Origin: Paraspadella gotoi
Lineage: Eukaryota > Animalia > Chaetognatha
Reading direction: 5' to 3'
DNA length: 64,000 bases
Assembly: GCA_051294375.1 (NCBI GenBank)
Contig: CM119264.1
Location: 31,190,135-31,254,134, forward strand
The notes beneath the pieces were generated by a model. It ran no database searches and had not been told where the DNA came from. It was given only the letters and a program-made list of their open reading frames with translations. Numbering within the stretch: the stretch's first letter is position 1; every line of letters starts with the position of its first letter. This document shows, one piece after another, positions 13,989 to 24,759 of the stretch. The translations under genes were made by a program, and so were the position numbers.

Positions 13989-16900
13989 ATGATTCGCCTG
14001 CTATTTTTAGCGGCTCTGACTCTGACTGTACTCAACGCAAGTCCACTGTCCATGGATCAAATTCTCAATCACAAAATTGCAATTGCAAAGAGAGAAGTGG
14101 AAAGTTGCGCCAATTCTCCACATGGAGCTAAATTTTCCGGTAGTGGGGGCGGTTGTCCGTTCGCGGGAGTCGCTGCCAGATTTCATCACCGTTACAAGCG
14201 CACTACCCACCTTCTCAAATCACAGACAATGAACAAAGAGGTGCTAGAAAGGGTACTGAGACAATTGAGTGGCAGCGAGGTGAACTCCATCTTGAACGGA
14301 ATCTATGGGAACAGCAGTAACAGTTACAATCCGAATGATCCGTCTTCTTACGACGCAATTAGGGAAGAAGTGGCCAGTCGTCTTGATCATTGCTCGAATC
14401 AGAAGAAAGCCGCCAAGCCAGCTCCTGATCCACCATGTGGAAAATTTGACAAAACTTATTCGCGCATTAATGGTGAATGCAACAACCTTCGTGATCCGAT
14501 ACAAGCCAGAGCGGGGTCCATCTTTAAGAGAATCTTACCACCTTACTATGATGACGGATTTGATTCTCCTGTGGGTTGGACCAATAAAAAATTCAACGGA
14601 TTTGAACTACCATCTCCTCGAGAAGTTACTGTGGAAGTTATGACCAGTTTTGACCCAAAAAAGACCTTGAGTGACATACATACAACGATGAACTTTCAAT
14701 GGGGTCAATTCGTTGATCACGACATCACAGAGACCCCAATTTCGAAGGACCAAATCTGCGCCACAACCTGTGAGCAAGTTGCTCCTTGCTTTCCCATCAA
14801 GGTACCCGCCAATGAAGTTGCAGTTCGGAACAAGAAATGCATACCATTCTCAAGATCCACGGCTGTGTGCGGAGATTACACTGTTAGGTATTGATTGAAA
14901 TTAACAATAAACATGATTTTAGATTTAAGTTCTGACTCTGAATTATTAGATTCATAAAAGCATCCTTATATCCATATCTTTTTATCCTTCCTTATATTCA
15001 TAACAGTTTTAAACTTTTCTCCCAGAGAGCAGTTCAACCAACTGACAGCCATAATTGATGCTGGAAACGTTTATGGATTTTCGGATGATGTCCTAGAAAC
15101 AATTCGTGATAAAAAAGATAGAAAATATTTGAAGGTTTGATTAATTTGTATTTTGTATTTTGTATTCTAGAAATAATATCAGAAAAGATTTATCGAGTCA
15201 TTTAATTAATTTTTATTAAATTTTTTGAGAAGTTATGATATATTTAATAATTTTGTTTTGAGTTAAAAAAAACAGTTATTCAAATTTAGATTATGATTGT
15301 ATTAAAATTATCGACTGACAGGTTGTTTACACATATATATTTGCATATAAACAAGTTATACTTGTCTGTATTGTGCAAATATTTAAAGATTCAAAATATA
15401 TTCAGGTTGAAGACGTGACTGAAAATGGCGGGAAGCCTCTTCCTCCAAAAGACAAAGATCTTACGTGTACTTCAAGCGGAGGCGATGGAGCGGTGAGAAA
15501 ATATTAACAATCATACAAAATAACAGATAAATAATATTATATTTAAATATTTAACACAAAAATATTTTAACAAATAAATAAAATTATAAACAATAGTTAA
15601 TATCAAATCTAAAAAAAATAAAGATAGCAAAACAAGTAATTTTGCAACTTTCATTTATTTATTGTAATTCATAAAATATAGAGTTACTTTCCAAATTAAA
15701 AAAAATATTTGTATACAAAATTATATCATAAGTGACTCAAACAGATTTTAAAAAGAGTCTAAATGTATTTTTTTAAATTTACTTTTGCGAGATTTGTAGA
15801 ATCAGTTTGAATTAATCTAGGTTTTCATTTGACACAAGAAAAATAATAAATATTTTAGTGGTATTAAAATTTGATAATTTATTTTCTTAAAATAATAAAA
15901 AATAGTTATTAGGATATTTTAACATTTTATTAGTTAAGAGCTATGCCTAAATATTAAATATAAACAAATCTGATAAAAACTAATGAACTTTGAGAAGTAT
16001 GAGATGTATTTTCGTAATGAGATTTATGGTCCTTCAACATTATTTTACAACTATTCCTTCATAATTTGCTATAGAATTCATCAGTGGTAAAGCAATTCTT
16101 TCCTTTTACTTTTTAGGTTCCCTGCCGTCACACGGGTGATGAACGGGCCAATGACACCCCGGCTCTTCTCACGATGCACACTCTCTTTGTTCGCGAACAC
16201 AACCGCATCGCCAGGGAATTGGCTCGACTGAATCCATACGACGAACCTGAGCTGATTTTCCAAAAGACGAGAAAGATAATTGCAGCGATCCATCAGCATA
16301 TCACTTACAAGCATTGGCTATCTTGGATGATTAAGAATCCGCCAAAGCTTGTTGAAGAGGGTTATTCAAAGTATGATAGTAAAGTCGATCCTACTATTGT
16401 CAGCGAATTCTCTACGGCCTGTTTCAGGTTGGCCTTTTGGGATGGGAAGCTCTCTCTTGATAACATAAAAACAATAATAAAGGTTGTTTAGTAATCTTGA
16501 TTGATGTTGTTATCTTGTAAGAGGGATGAAGGCCTTAAGAGGGATGGAGGCCTTAAGAGGGATGAAGGCTTTCAGAAGGATGGAGGCCTTAAGAGGGATG
16601 AAGGCCTTAAGAGGGATGGAAGCCTTAAGAGAGATACAGGCCCTAAGAGGGATGGAGGCCTTAAGAGAGATGGAGGCCTTAACAGGGATGCAAGCCTTAG
16701 GGATAGAGGCCTTAAGAGGTATGGAGGCCTTAATAGTGATGGAAGCCTTGAGAGAGATGCAGGCCTTAAGAGGAATGGAGGCCTTAGCTCACCATTGCCA
16801 GTCCAAAATCAGGGGCAAGATAGCTTGTTTTTTGAATGAATTCATAGTTTTTATATTGGGAGTGACAATTAACTAATTGAATAGATAATTTTTATACTGG

Positions 16901-17849
16901 TCGTACCTCCTATTAGCAAGTAAAATTTTAATGTTTTATGAATTTATAAAGGTCGGCACATGCTACCCTTCCTTTCACGCTGGATCTTTTAGACAAAAAC
17001 TATGACGGGACATTGTCAGAAAACTCGCGAAATTTCTCGACTCTGTTTGAAGCCACCAAGCTGGTTGAAGAAGGTCTCGACCCATTCCTTAGAAGTCTCA
17101 TGATTCAACCCGTTAAGATTACGGACCCTAAGGTAGAGGATTGACTTGACCAGTTACAATTGTGAGAGAAACCAATCCCTTATGGCAACAGCCGGGTTGC
17201 CTGTTATGCCCATTGGGATGGGGCATATCACTGTTGGCTTTGGGGCTTCCGACCCTCAGTGACGCCTCCAGTCTCTGGAGTGGTTACCCTAGGATGGTCT
17301 TGCTTTGCAAATGCAGAGGAAAGACGTTAGGACTGTGAATGGAACACAATGCCTGGGATGGTGTGTTCCCCTCTGAGCTAATGGGATTGGCTGAACGATG
17401 ATGAACGTGAGGCGGTGCAAATATACCTCCACACCCTAACCTAATCTCTAACTTTAACCCTAACAGGAAATGGTCTCATCCGAGGTGGTCAACCATCTTT
17501 TTGGAACCGATGACCTTGCCGCGAGAAATCTTCAACGGGGACGCGATCATGGAATTCAATTTTACGCCGCCTATCTGAGAAAATTCGGGTTTATTGATAA
17601 AAAATTAAAATCATTCGACGACTTGAAAGACATTATCACAAATAGGAGAGTTCGCAACAAGCTCAAGAAAGTGTATCGAGACCCAGAGAATATAGAGTTA
17701 TTTGTTGGAGGGCTGGCGGAAACCAAGGAGGATGATAGTGGCATCGTAGGTTAGTGTAAAGACATAGCTGTGTTTGTTTTGATATATCTTTTTTACAGAA
17801 TTTCATTCATTATGAAAAGTTGATAAGAGAAAGTTATTATTATTATTAA

Positions 17850-17893
<44 letters not shown>

Positions 17894-18813
17894 GTTATTA
17901 TTATTATTATTATTATTCTTTTAAAAAATATTATCTTTAAGTCAGAAAATTTTTTTACTTTATTTAAAAATATTTGAAATTAAATTTTTAACATTAAAAT
18001 TGAAACATTCGGCCTTATTTACAGGTCCGCTATTTGACAAGATTATCACTGATCAATTCCAAAGAATCATGGATGGTGACAGATTTTTTTATACTCATTA
18101 TGGAGTTTTTACTCCTCAACAGCTTGAATCAATTCGCAAGGTAAGATAAACATTATTAACCTTAATATTATGCATTTTAGTAGGTACTCTTTAGATACAG
18201 AGGCTCATTGTATTTATTTAGTATCTATAAATCAATAGTGAGGAATTAAAAACACTTTAAATCTGTTTTGGTTGCCAAACTTTCAAATGAAATAAATTAT
18301 AAACGCAATAGAATTTTTTAACTGATAAAATTGAGTATTATTCAGTGCTGCAATGATTTATATCACATGAGAATCTTCTCACACAAAAATTTTTGCCACT
18401 ACAATTGATTCTTGATTATTTGTCTCCAGGTGACGTTGGCTCGTATCATTTGTGACAACAGCGATGGCAGCATCGATCGTGTTCCCGAAAATGTATTTTT
18501 GATTACTGACCCTGCAGCATTTAAATGCTGCACAGACATCCCGATCCTTGACCTGACCCCATGGAAGTGCGAGACTAAACTTCCTCCATTGCATCCACCT
18601 CCAAAAGATGTTAAATTGCCTGGACCCCAATTTGCCGGCCATTGGGAGTTTTACAATATCGGCCGTCAGCAGAATGGAAATTATGAAAAGAGAGAAAATA
18701 TTTTTAAGACGAAAGAAAAAGTAAGCAAAGTTGAAAAAGTAAAACGAAGCAAGAAAAACAAAAATGAATTGTTGAGAAAAAGACTCTTAGATTTGGCAAA
18801 GACTTTTGAATGA
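13989..18813 (+). CDS. Secreted animal heme peroxidase (peroxidase-cyclooxygenase superfamily), paralog A, 789 aa
   Basis: Exons 13989-14887, 15026-15134, 15406-15492, 16117-16427, 16952-17132, 17467-17749, 18025-18140, 18430-18813 sum to 2370 nt in frame. Signal peptide, RYKR site, GECNN, WGQFVDHD, REQFNQLT, GDERAND, MHTLFVREHNRIA, FRSAH, DLAARNLQRGRDHG, DGDRFFY, LARIICDN. Confidence 0.95.
16521..16788. repeat. 18-bp minisatellite (gagggatggaggccttaa, ~15 units) within a dispersed repeat in intron 4 of peroxidase A
   Basis: Only one unit at the paralogous site (~28866-28881). The host repeat recurs at ~11510, 12170(-), 20870(-), 24400, 45290(-) and 59490. Confidence 0.9.
17181..17433. mobile_element. 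Short solo-LTR-like insertion (253 bp) in intron 5 of peroxidase A
   Basis: Ends tatgg...ccaca (TG...CA with one change), flanked by 4-bp direct repeat CCCT, and absent from the paralogous intron. Confidence 0.65.
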
Positions 18814-19247
18814 TTCAAGTTAGACTCAATTGCGGCATTAAAAACTTTATAAGGAAGTATTTTAAAGGCATTTTGAAGCATTTTTAGGTACCAGAAATTA
18901 AAAAAAAAAATTCTTAAATTTTAAAAGAAAAAATGTGAAAAAGTTTTGATTGTTTTTTTTCTCAGTGGACAGCCTGAAAAAGTTTAAAGTACACAGTGTT
19001 ATCTGATTTTTTGTTATTAGCTTTTTTTTGTAAAACTATATGTTTCAAATTTTTGGGTGAGGACTGCTTTTAATTTAAGGACTTACGTGACTTTTTTTGA
19101 CGAAATATCCATTATAAATACGAAGGTAAAGAAATTGTATTTTTTGTAAAAAACAATCGAGTTTGTGGGTTTTTTTTTGAGAATTGGTGACTTTTTAAGT
19201 TCAAAAACATTATGTTAAGTTTCTCTCTTTTCGTTACGTTTTGGAAT

Positions 19248-19460
19248 TTAGGAAAAACAGTTTTTGGTGGCAAACAACAATTTTAATTGACAGAATAGTG
19301 GGACATGTTTCGACTCTTGTTTTTGCGAGTTTCCATCAGCCTTTTCATCACCTTTTTGGCTGAAAACGCTGATGAAGACTCGCAAAATCAAGCGTCAAAA
19401 CATGTCCCACTATTCTGTCAATTAAAATCGTCGTTTGCCACCAAAAACTGTTTTTCCTAA
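19248..19460. mobile_element. Palindromic Penelope-like remnant with a degenerate minimal hammerhead core in each arm
   Basis: Near-perfect ~93-bp inverted arms. Plus arm CTGATGAagactc-gcaaaatcaa-gcgtcAAAACatGTC, minus arm CTGATGGaaactc-gcaaaaacaa-gagtcGAAACatGTC. Confidence 0.7.
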
Positions 19461-19609
19461 GTTCACAAACAAATTCGATAGAGAAGAAGCGGTTATAATT
19501 GTATGATTGTTATACTGTTAAAAAATTACTCATGATGCTATTACATTAAATTGACTGTGATTAATTGTAACGGCGAATGCTTGGTACTTGTGAAATTATA
19601 TTTTAGACA

Positions 19610-20430
19610 AAAAAAAATAATTTCAAAAACAACTTTTGGCTTTATTTTCTTTATAAAACAATGAGGGAAAGAGAAAGGGAGGAAGTAAGGGAGGAAAAGA
19701 GAGAGGGGGAGAGAGAGAGGAGGAGAGAAAAAGAGACTGTGGCCTCTTTTGCATCCAATTTAAACACGACTCGTTGTCGCCATCGTCGTCGTCCTGTTCC
19801 TCGTCCTCCCAATCCCAATCCCAAAGATGACGCTCCTGCAATCGAAAAGTAACAAACGGACAAGAGAGCAAAGACGGCGCAATAATTGACCAAATAGGGC
19901 GTTTCCACTTGGTCGGCGTCATTGGATATGATCCATCAAATCACGAGTAATTGGTGTTTTTTGCTAAGGTGGGAAAGACAGACAGACAGACTGACATCAT
20001 TTTTTTTGCATAATTTATCATAATTCAATGTTCTGACATGATATAAGTGAATGCCCGACAAGAATTGGGGGGCGGACCGATGGAACAACAAAGTGAATTA
20101 TAGAGCCGGAATCTGCTGTAAGCAGATCCGGCTAAAAATTATAATTCACGACGACGAATACAAGACCAAAAGATGAGGGAGAGAGACCGAGTCCTCCATG
20201 AGAATCGAGAAGGCCGCCCCAGAGAGAGAGAGAGTCGACCATCCCTCTGGAGGTGAAGCCAAGGAGAGAGACAGAGACAATGGCAAGAGAGAGGGATGGA
20301 GAGAAGAGGGAGAGGAAGAGGGAGAAGTGAGAAGAAAGAAGAGATTTTCTTTTTGGCAAAAATTGAAAACGACTTATCATGATTTTCAAGAGGCTTTTTT
20401 CTTTGTAATGTCACAGAGTTATGACAATCA
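19610..20430 (-). pseudogene. Truncated duplicate of the MFS gene 3' end
   Basis: 19610-19922 matches last exon and 3'UTR (VNYCAVFALLSVCYF). 20140-20430 matches exon 3 (RFQFLPKRKSLL...GGLGLSPSS) with ~490 bp missing. The two pieces are separated by a transposon, and there are no 5' exons. Confidence 0.85.
19926..20135 (-). mobile_element. Helentron/DINE-1-like non-autonomous element, terminal fragment
   Basis: Terminal hairpin (ag)ccggaatctgctgtaagcagatccggct next to an A/T run plus (GACA)n. Same family as 21100-21406, 23420-23700 and 37630-37950. Confidence 0.6.
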
Positions 20431-20699
20431 ATCCTTTATAAATAAATAAATAAATAAATAAATAAATACTATAGCAGAAATAATTACAAATAAAGTATAA
20501 ATAATTTTTTTAACTATTATTATTTTTACCACTTGCATCATTTTTTCAACTTGAAACATTTTTTCAACTTGCAACATTTTTTTAACTTGCATCATTTTTT
20601 CAACTTACATCATTCTTTCAACTTGCAACTATCTTTCAACTTGCATCATTCTTTCAATATGCAAAATTTTTTTAACTTGCATCATTTTTTCAAATTGAA

Positions 20700-21406
20700 T
20701 CATTTTTTCAATTAATTAAATAATTAATTAAAACATTCATGAGTAAGCATAAATAATAAAAAATTAAGTCAACTTGACTTTGGTTTTTTCCATACAAACT
20801 CATTTCCACTCCTAGATTCCATTGAAACTTTATATCGTGCTCAATCACACACTTTCCTACCCAATGGACAGGCTTTGGTGGTTTAAGGCCTCCATCACTC
20901 TTACAAGATAATGACATAGCAGGTCCCTGCAAGCTTTTAATTAAGACTCTATCACAGTCTTGTTTATTCACTCCCAGAGTACCTGGCTTCCCTATCAATG
21001 AAGTGGAAAATATTTCAAAGAAAGTTTCAATTGTATGAAAAGACCACTCCCTGAAGTATTAGATCAGGGAATACTTATTGTACTCCGCACTAGCATGTTT
21101 TTTCTATTTCATTTCCACTCGCACGATTCCATCGAAACCTTATATCCCGCTCAATCTTACACTTTCCTAACCACACACAAAATTTCATTCCAATGCATCC
21201 ATCCAATCACGAGTAATTGGAGTTTTTTGCTAAGGGAAGACGGACAGACAGACGGACGGACGGACATCATTTTTTTGCATAATTTATCATAATTTGATGT
21301 TCTGACATGATATAAGTGAATGCCCGACAAGATTTAGGGGGGGGGGACCGACGGACCGACAAAGTGAATTATAGAGTCGGAATCTGCTGATAAGCAGATC
21401 CGACTA
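20700..21406 (-). mobile_element. Cluster of Helentron/DINE-1-like and dispersed repeats at the duplication junction
   Basis: (GACG/GACA)n and terminal hairpin agtcggaatctgctgataagcagatccgact end immediately before the start of unit 2. Confidence 0.6.
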
Positions 21407-23419
21407 ATAACCTAATTAAATTCTTTGGCTAATGAATTAGCCACACGTTCCTACGATAAAATCGATAAGGAAAGTGAAGTTGATGAGATTAATTACCAAG
21501 AGAAACGGGTTTAATGAAGAATGCAGAATGAATAATATAGAATGGAGAATGAAGAATGAAGAGTGAATAATAGAGAATGAAGCATGACGTATAAAGATTT
21601 GTTAAACAATATTAGAATTTCATGATAATAAATCCAATTGAGAAAATGAAAAAAAATAATAGATTTTATTGTTTGAAAATCCCAAAGGAGTGTTGACTGG
21701 TTAACGGAGAAAACCTACTTGTTGCTTCGGTCTTTGTAGATCGTCCTTCATGTTATTGTTTAAAGTAAAGTAACAGTTTTAACGATTGGTTTAAAATTTT
21801 TTATTATAATTGCGAGATTAAAGACAGAATAATTACCTAACAATCGCCTCTATTAAGAAAACTGGTTCTCATTTCCATGATTATATTTTTCTTGTCAATG
21901 GACCTCCCGTTATCGGCACTGTTTTCCGAAAGCGGACATATTTCAGCTTAAATACAAAATAAAAAAAAATATTAATTTTAAGGATTAGGCTTTGGGGATA
22001 GGGATTAAGTTAGGGATTAAGCTAAGTCGGGCCATTCCTAAGCAACATCAAAATAATCGTTACAAATTTTTCAATTCAGTTTAGCCAAAAAAGAGGAATA
22101 ATAAAATCAATGGAGACACATAAAGAAATCATTGCGATCCAAAATTGTGTAGGCGATTTTTCAGACTAACAATAAATCAATCCTAAAAGTTTTATTCAAT
22201 TTTATACTCATTTAAGATAATTATAATAATTATAATTATGATTAATTGGCAGAACAATTAGCCTTTTTGTTTTTTCAAATTAAAGGTTACGTATTGTCAA
22301 ATAGAAATTCCTATATATATTCAAAATTACAAATTTCTTTACAAACCATCTACACAAATAGTCGCTGTAGCTGTAGGGGGATGTTAAATTGCTTCCTAAT
22401 TATTTGTTCACATTGACAAATAACATTTTCATTTACCTTTCCTTTATTATGTTAGGCGTAGCCCAACTCAATGGGGTGAGTACATGCTCAAACGAAAATT
22501 TTTACATTTTTAAGTATACTTTTAATGGACTAAAACATTTTTATATCGCTCTATACCTTAGTAATTATTTTTTTAATATTTATTTATAGATAGAAGAGGC
22601 CAAAATTTTATTTGGTAAATTTTTAAATTTTAAATATAATTATTTTTTAAATATTGTCAAAAATAAGAAAAACAATAAAAAATCATCATCATTATTATCT
22701 TTCGATGATTTTATCAGTTTTTTTTATATTTTCACTTAGAAAACGTAATTTTTAAAAGTGTAATTTTATTTCATGTTTAACTTTTTTATGCTCGATCAGA
22801 ATCCATCAAAAAATTTTAAGATTTTCAAAATTTTTTTTCATATAGTAATATAATATTTTTTATTAGGCTAGTAACCTCAGATGAAAGAATTTTTGACAAA
22901 AAAAATTTAATACTAAAATCTATGCTCATGATAAGTTATTTTAATGCTTTTGAATTTGAATTTATATTGGCTATGGCTAATTATGTTAACCGACAAGTTT
23001 TGCTTGAGAGGTAATTAACCGTCTTATGCAATAGATAGTTCGGTGACTTCTGACAAAAGTCACGTTTTTTTAAAACAGTTGTTTACATAAGACTATTTTG
23101 GAGCTCTTTCTATTCATTCTCCTTATGTCCATTTACGAATATGTCTAAAATCTATAAATTTATAAATTCAACAAAGGGTAAGGATTCAGAAATTCATAAT
23201 TATCAAGAAACGATCTAAATCTAGAATCAAGTTACATAATTTTCAAATCTTTCACCGGTTTTCCTTTGACGTTTTTGGTTTTTAATTACCATGAAAAAAC
23301 GTGAGTAAAACCTGTTTTTCTTTTTCACCGGTTAGTATAAAAATCGTTGCAAAATCCACGATCCACGTTTTTTTGGTTGTGCTTTGATTTAGCTAAGATT
23401 TTAATTATACAAATTTTTA

Positions 23420-23900
23420 TTTTTAGTCGGATCTGCTTATCAGGAGATCCCGACTCTATAATCCACTTTGTCGGTTCCCCCTAAATCTTGTCAGGCGCTC
23501 ACTTAAAATTTAAGTGAGTGCCCGACAGAACATCAAATTATGTCCGTTCATCTATCTGTCTGTTTGTCTGTCTGTCAGTCTGTCCGTCCCCCTTAGAAAA
23601 AAACTCCAATTACTCGTGAATGGATGGATGGATTGGAATGAAATTTTGAGAGTGATTCGATGGAATCGTGCGATTAGAAATGAGTTTAAATGGAAAAAAC
23701 ATAAATCACATTTACTAAAATCTTTTTACTAATTTTAACCCATATTACACCGAATTAAATATATTTCGACGGTATAGATTTAAGATAAAATTTTTGTGTG
23801 GGTAGAAAAGTGTGTGATGAAGCTGGATATAAAGTTTTTATGAAATCTTGTGAGTGGAAATGAGTTTAAATGGAAAAACAAACGTCATATTTACTTTAGG
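23420..23900 (+). mobile_element. Helentron/DINE-1-like element upstream of peroxidase B
   Basis: ttttAGTCGGATCTGCTTATCAGGAGATCCCGACTctataat start, (GTCT/GTCC)n, then gatggattggaatgaaattttg. Confidence 0.6.
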
Positions 23901-23967
23901 TTTTTTACTTATATTTAGAACAAAAACAGTTTTATTTGACAACGATTTAATTGACACAATTTAGTCA

Positions 23968-24004
23968 GACATGTTTCGGCTCTTTCTCTTAGAGCCTTCA
24001 TCAG
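23968..24004 (-). ncRNA. Minimal type I hammerhead ribozyme core in a palindromic Penelope-like remnant (23920-24041)
   Basis: Minus strand CUGAUGA-a-GGCUCU-aagagaa-AGAGCC-GAAAC-AU-GUC: intact core, 6-bp stem II, palindromic stem III (ACAUGU). Stem I is only ~2 bp. The mirror arm 24017-24041 runs into an N gap. Confidence 0.7.
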
Positions 24005-24759
24005 TGCAAAAAAGCACTGATGAATGCTCTAAGAGAAAGAGNNNNNNNNNNTGGAATCGTAAGAGTGCAAAAGAGTTTAAGTCAGAAAACCAATAGACAC
24101 ATTTATTTAAATTTTTAAAATTTTCCCTCTCTCTATCTCTCTCTGATTGATTGATTGATTGAATTATGCCGGTTGACCAAATTATGCCGGTTTACCGAAT
24201 TATGCCAGTTAAACAAATTATTTCAGTTGACCAAATTATGGCAGTTGACCAAATTATGCCAGTTGACCAAATTATGCCAGTTGATTAAATTATAAAAGTT
24301 GATTAAATTATGCAAGTTGACCAAATTATGCAAAATGACCAAATTATGCAAAATTACCAAATTATGCAAGTTGAATAAATTATGCAAGTTAAACGACCAA
24401 TGTCTGTCCAAAGTCAAGGGAGAAATAGCTTATTTATTTCATGAATGAATAATCTTTATATTGGTTGAACCAATTTTATAGATTTTTTCAAAATGTTTTC
24501 TTTTATATTTGTAACAGTAATTGTACAATGTACATATTGAATTGAAATTAATTTAATTCAATAAAATATATATCTCAGGAACAAGTGAAATATATTGGTG
24601 CAGTTTATTTTTTTGTGCTAATAATTCAATAAATAAATTGAAAATACATGTATAGCCAATAAAATAAAAACTTCAATTATATAATAACCCAACAAGAATT
24701 GCTTCAAAATCTATAAATCAGATTTAACTTTCAGAATCACATCAAGTCTTTTTGACAAA

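Larger units (their letters stand above)
8589..20430 (+). repeat. Tandem segmental duplication, unit 1 (peroxidase A plus 3' fragments of the MFS gene)
   Basis: Begins taacctaattaaattctttgg, as does 21407. Colinear homology blocks continue through the upstream region, exons, introns and downstream MFS sequence. Confidence 0.9.

Noticed and set aside
16501-16876. ORFs with RDGGLK / GMEALR repeats
   Set aside because: Read-through of an 18-bp intronic minisatellite absent from the paralog.
20533-20715. 18-bp periodic arrays (also 24160-24395) as CRISPR-like or coding repeats
   Set aside because: Head-to-tail units with no unique spacers, eukaryotic context and no cas genes.
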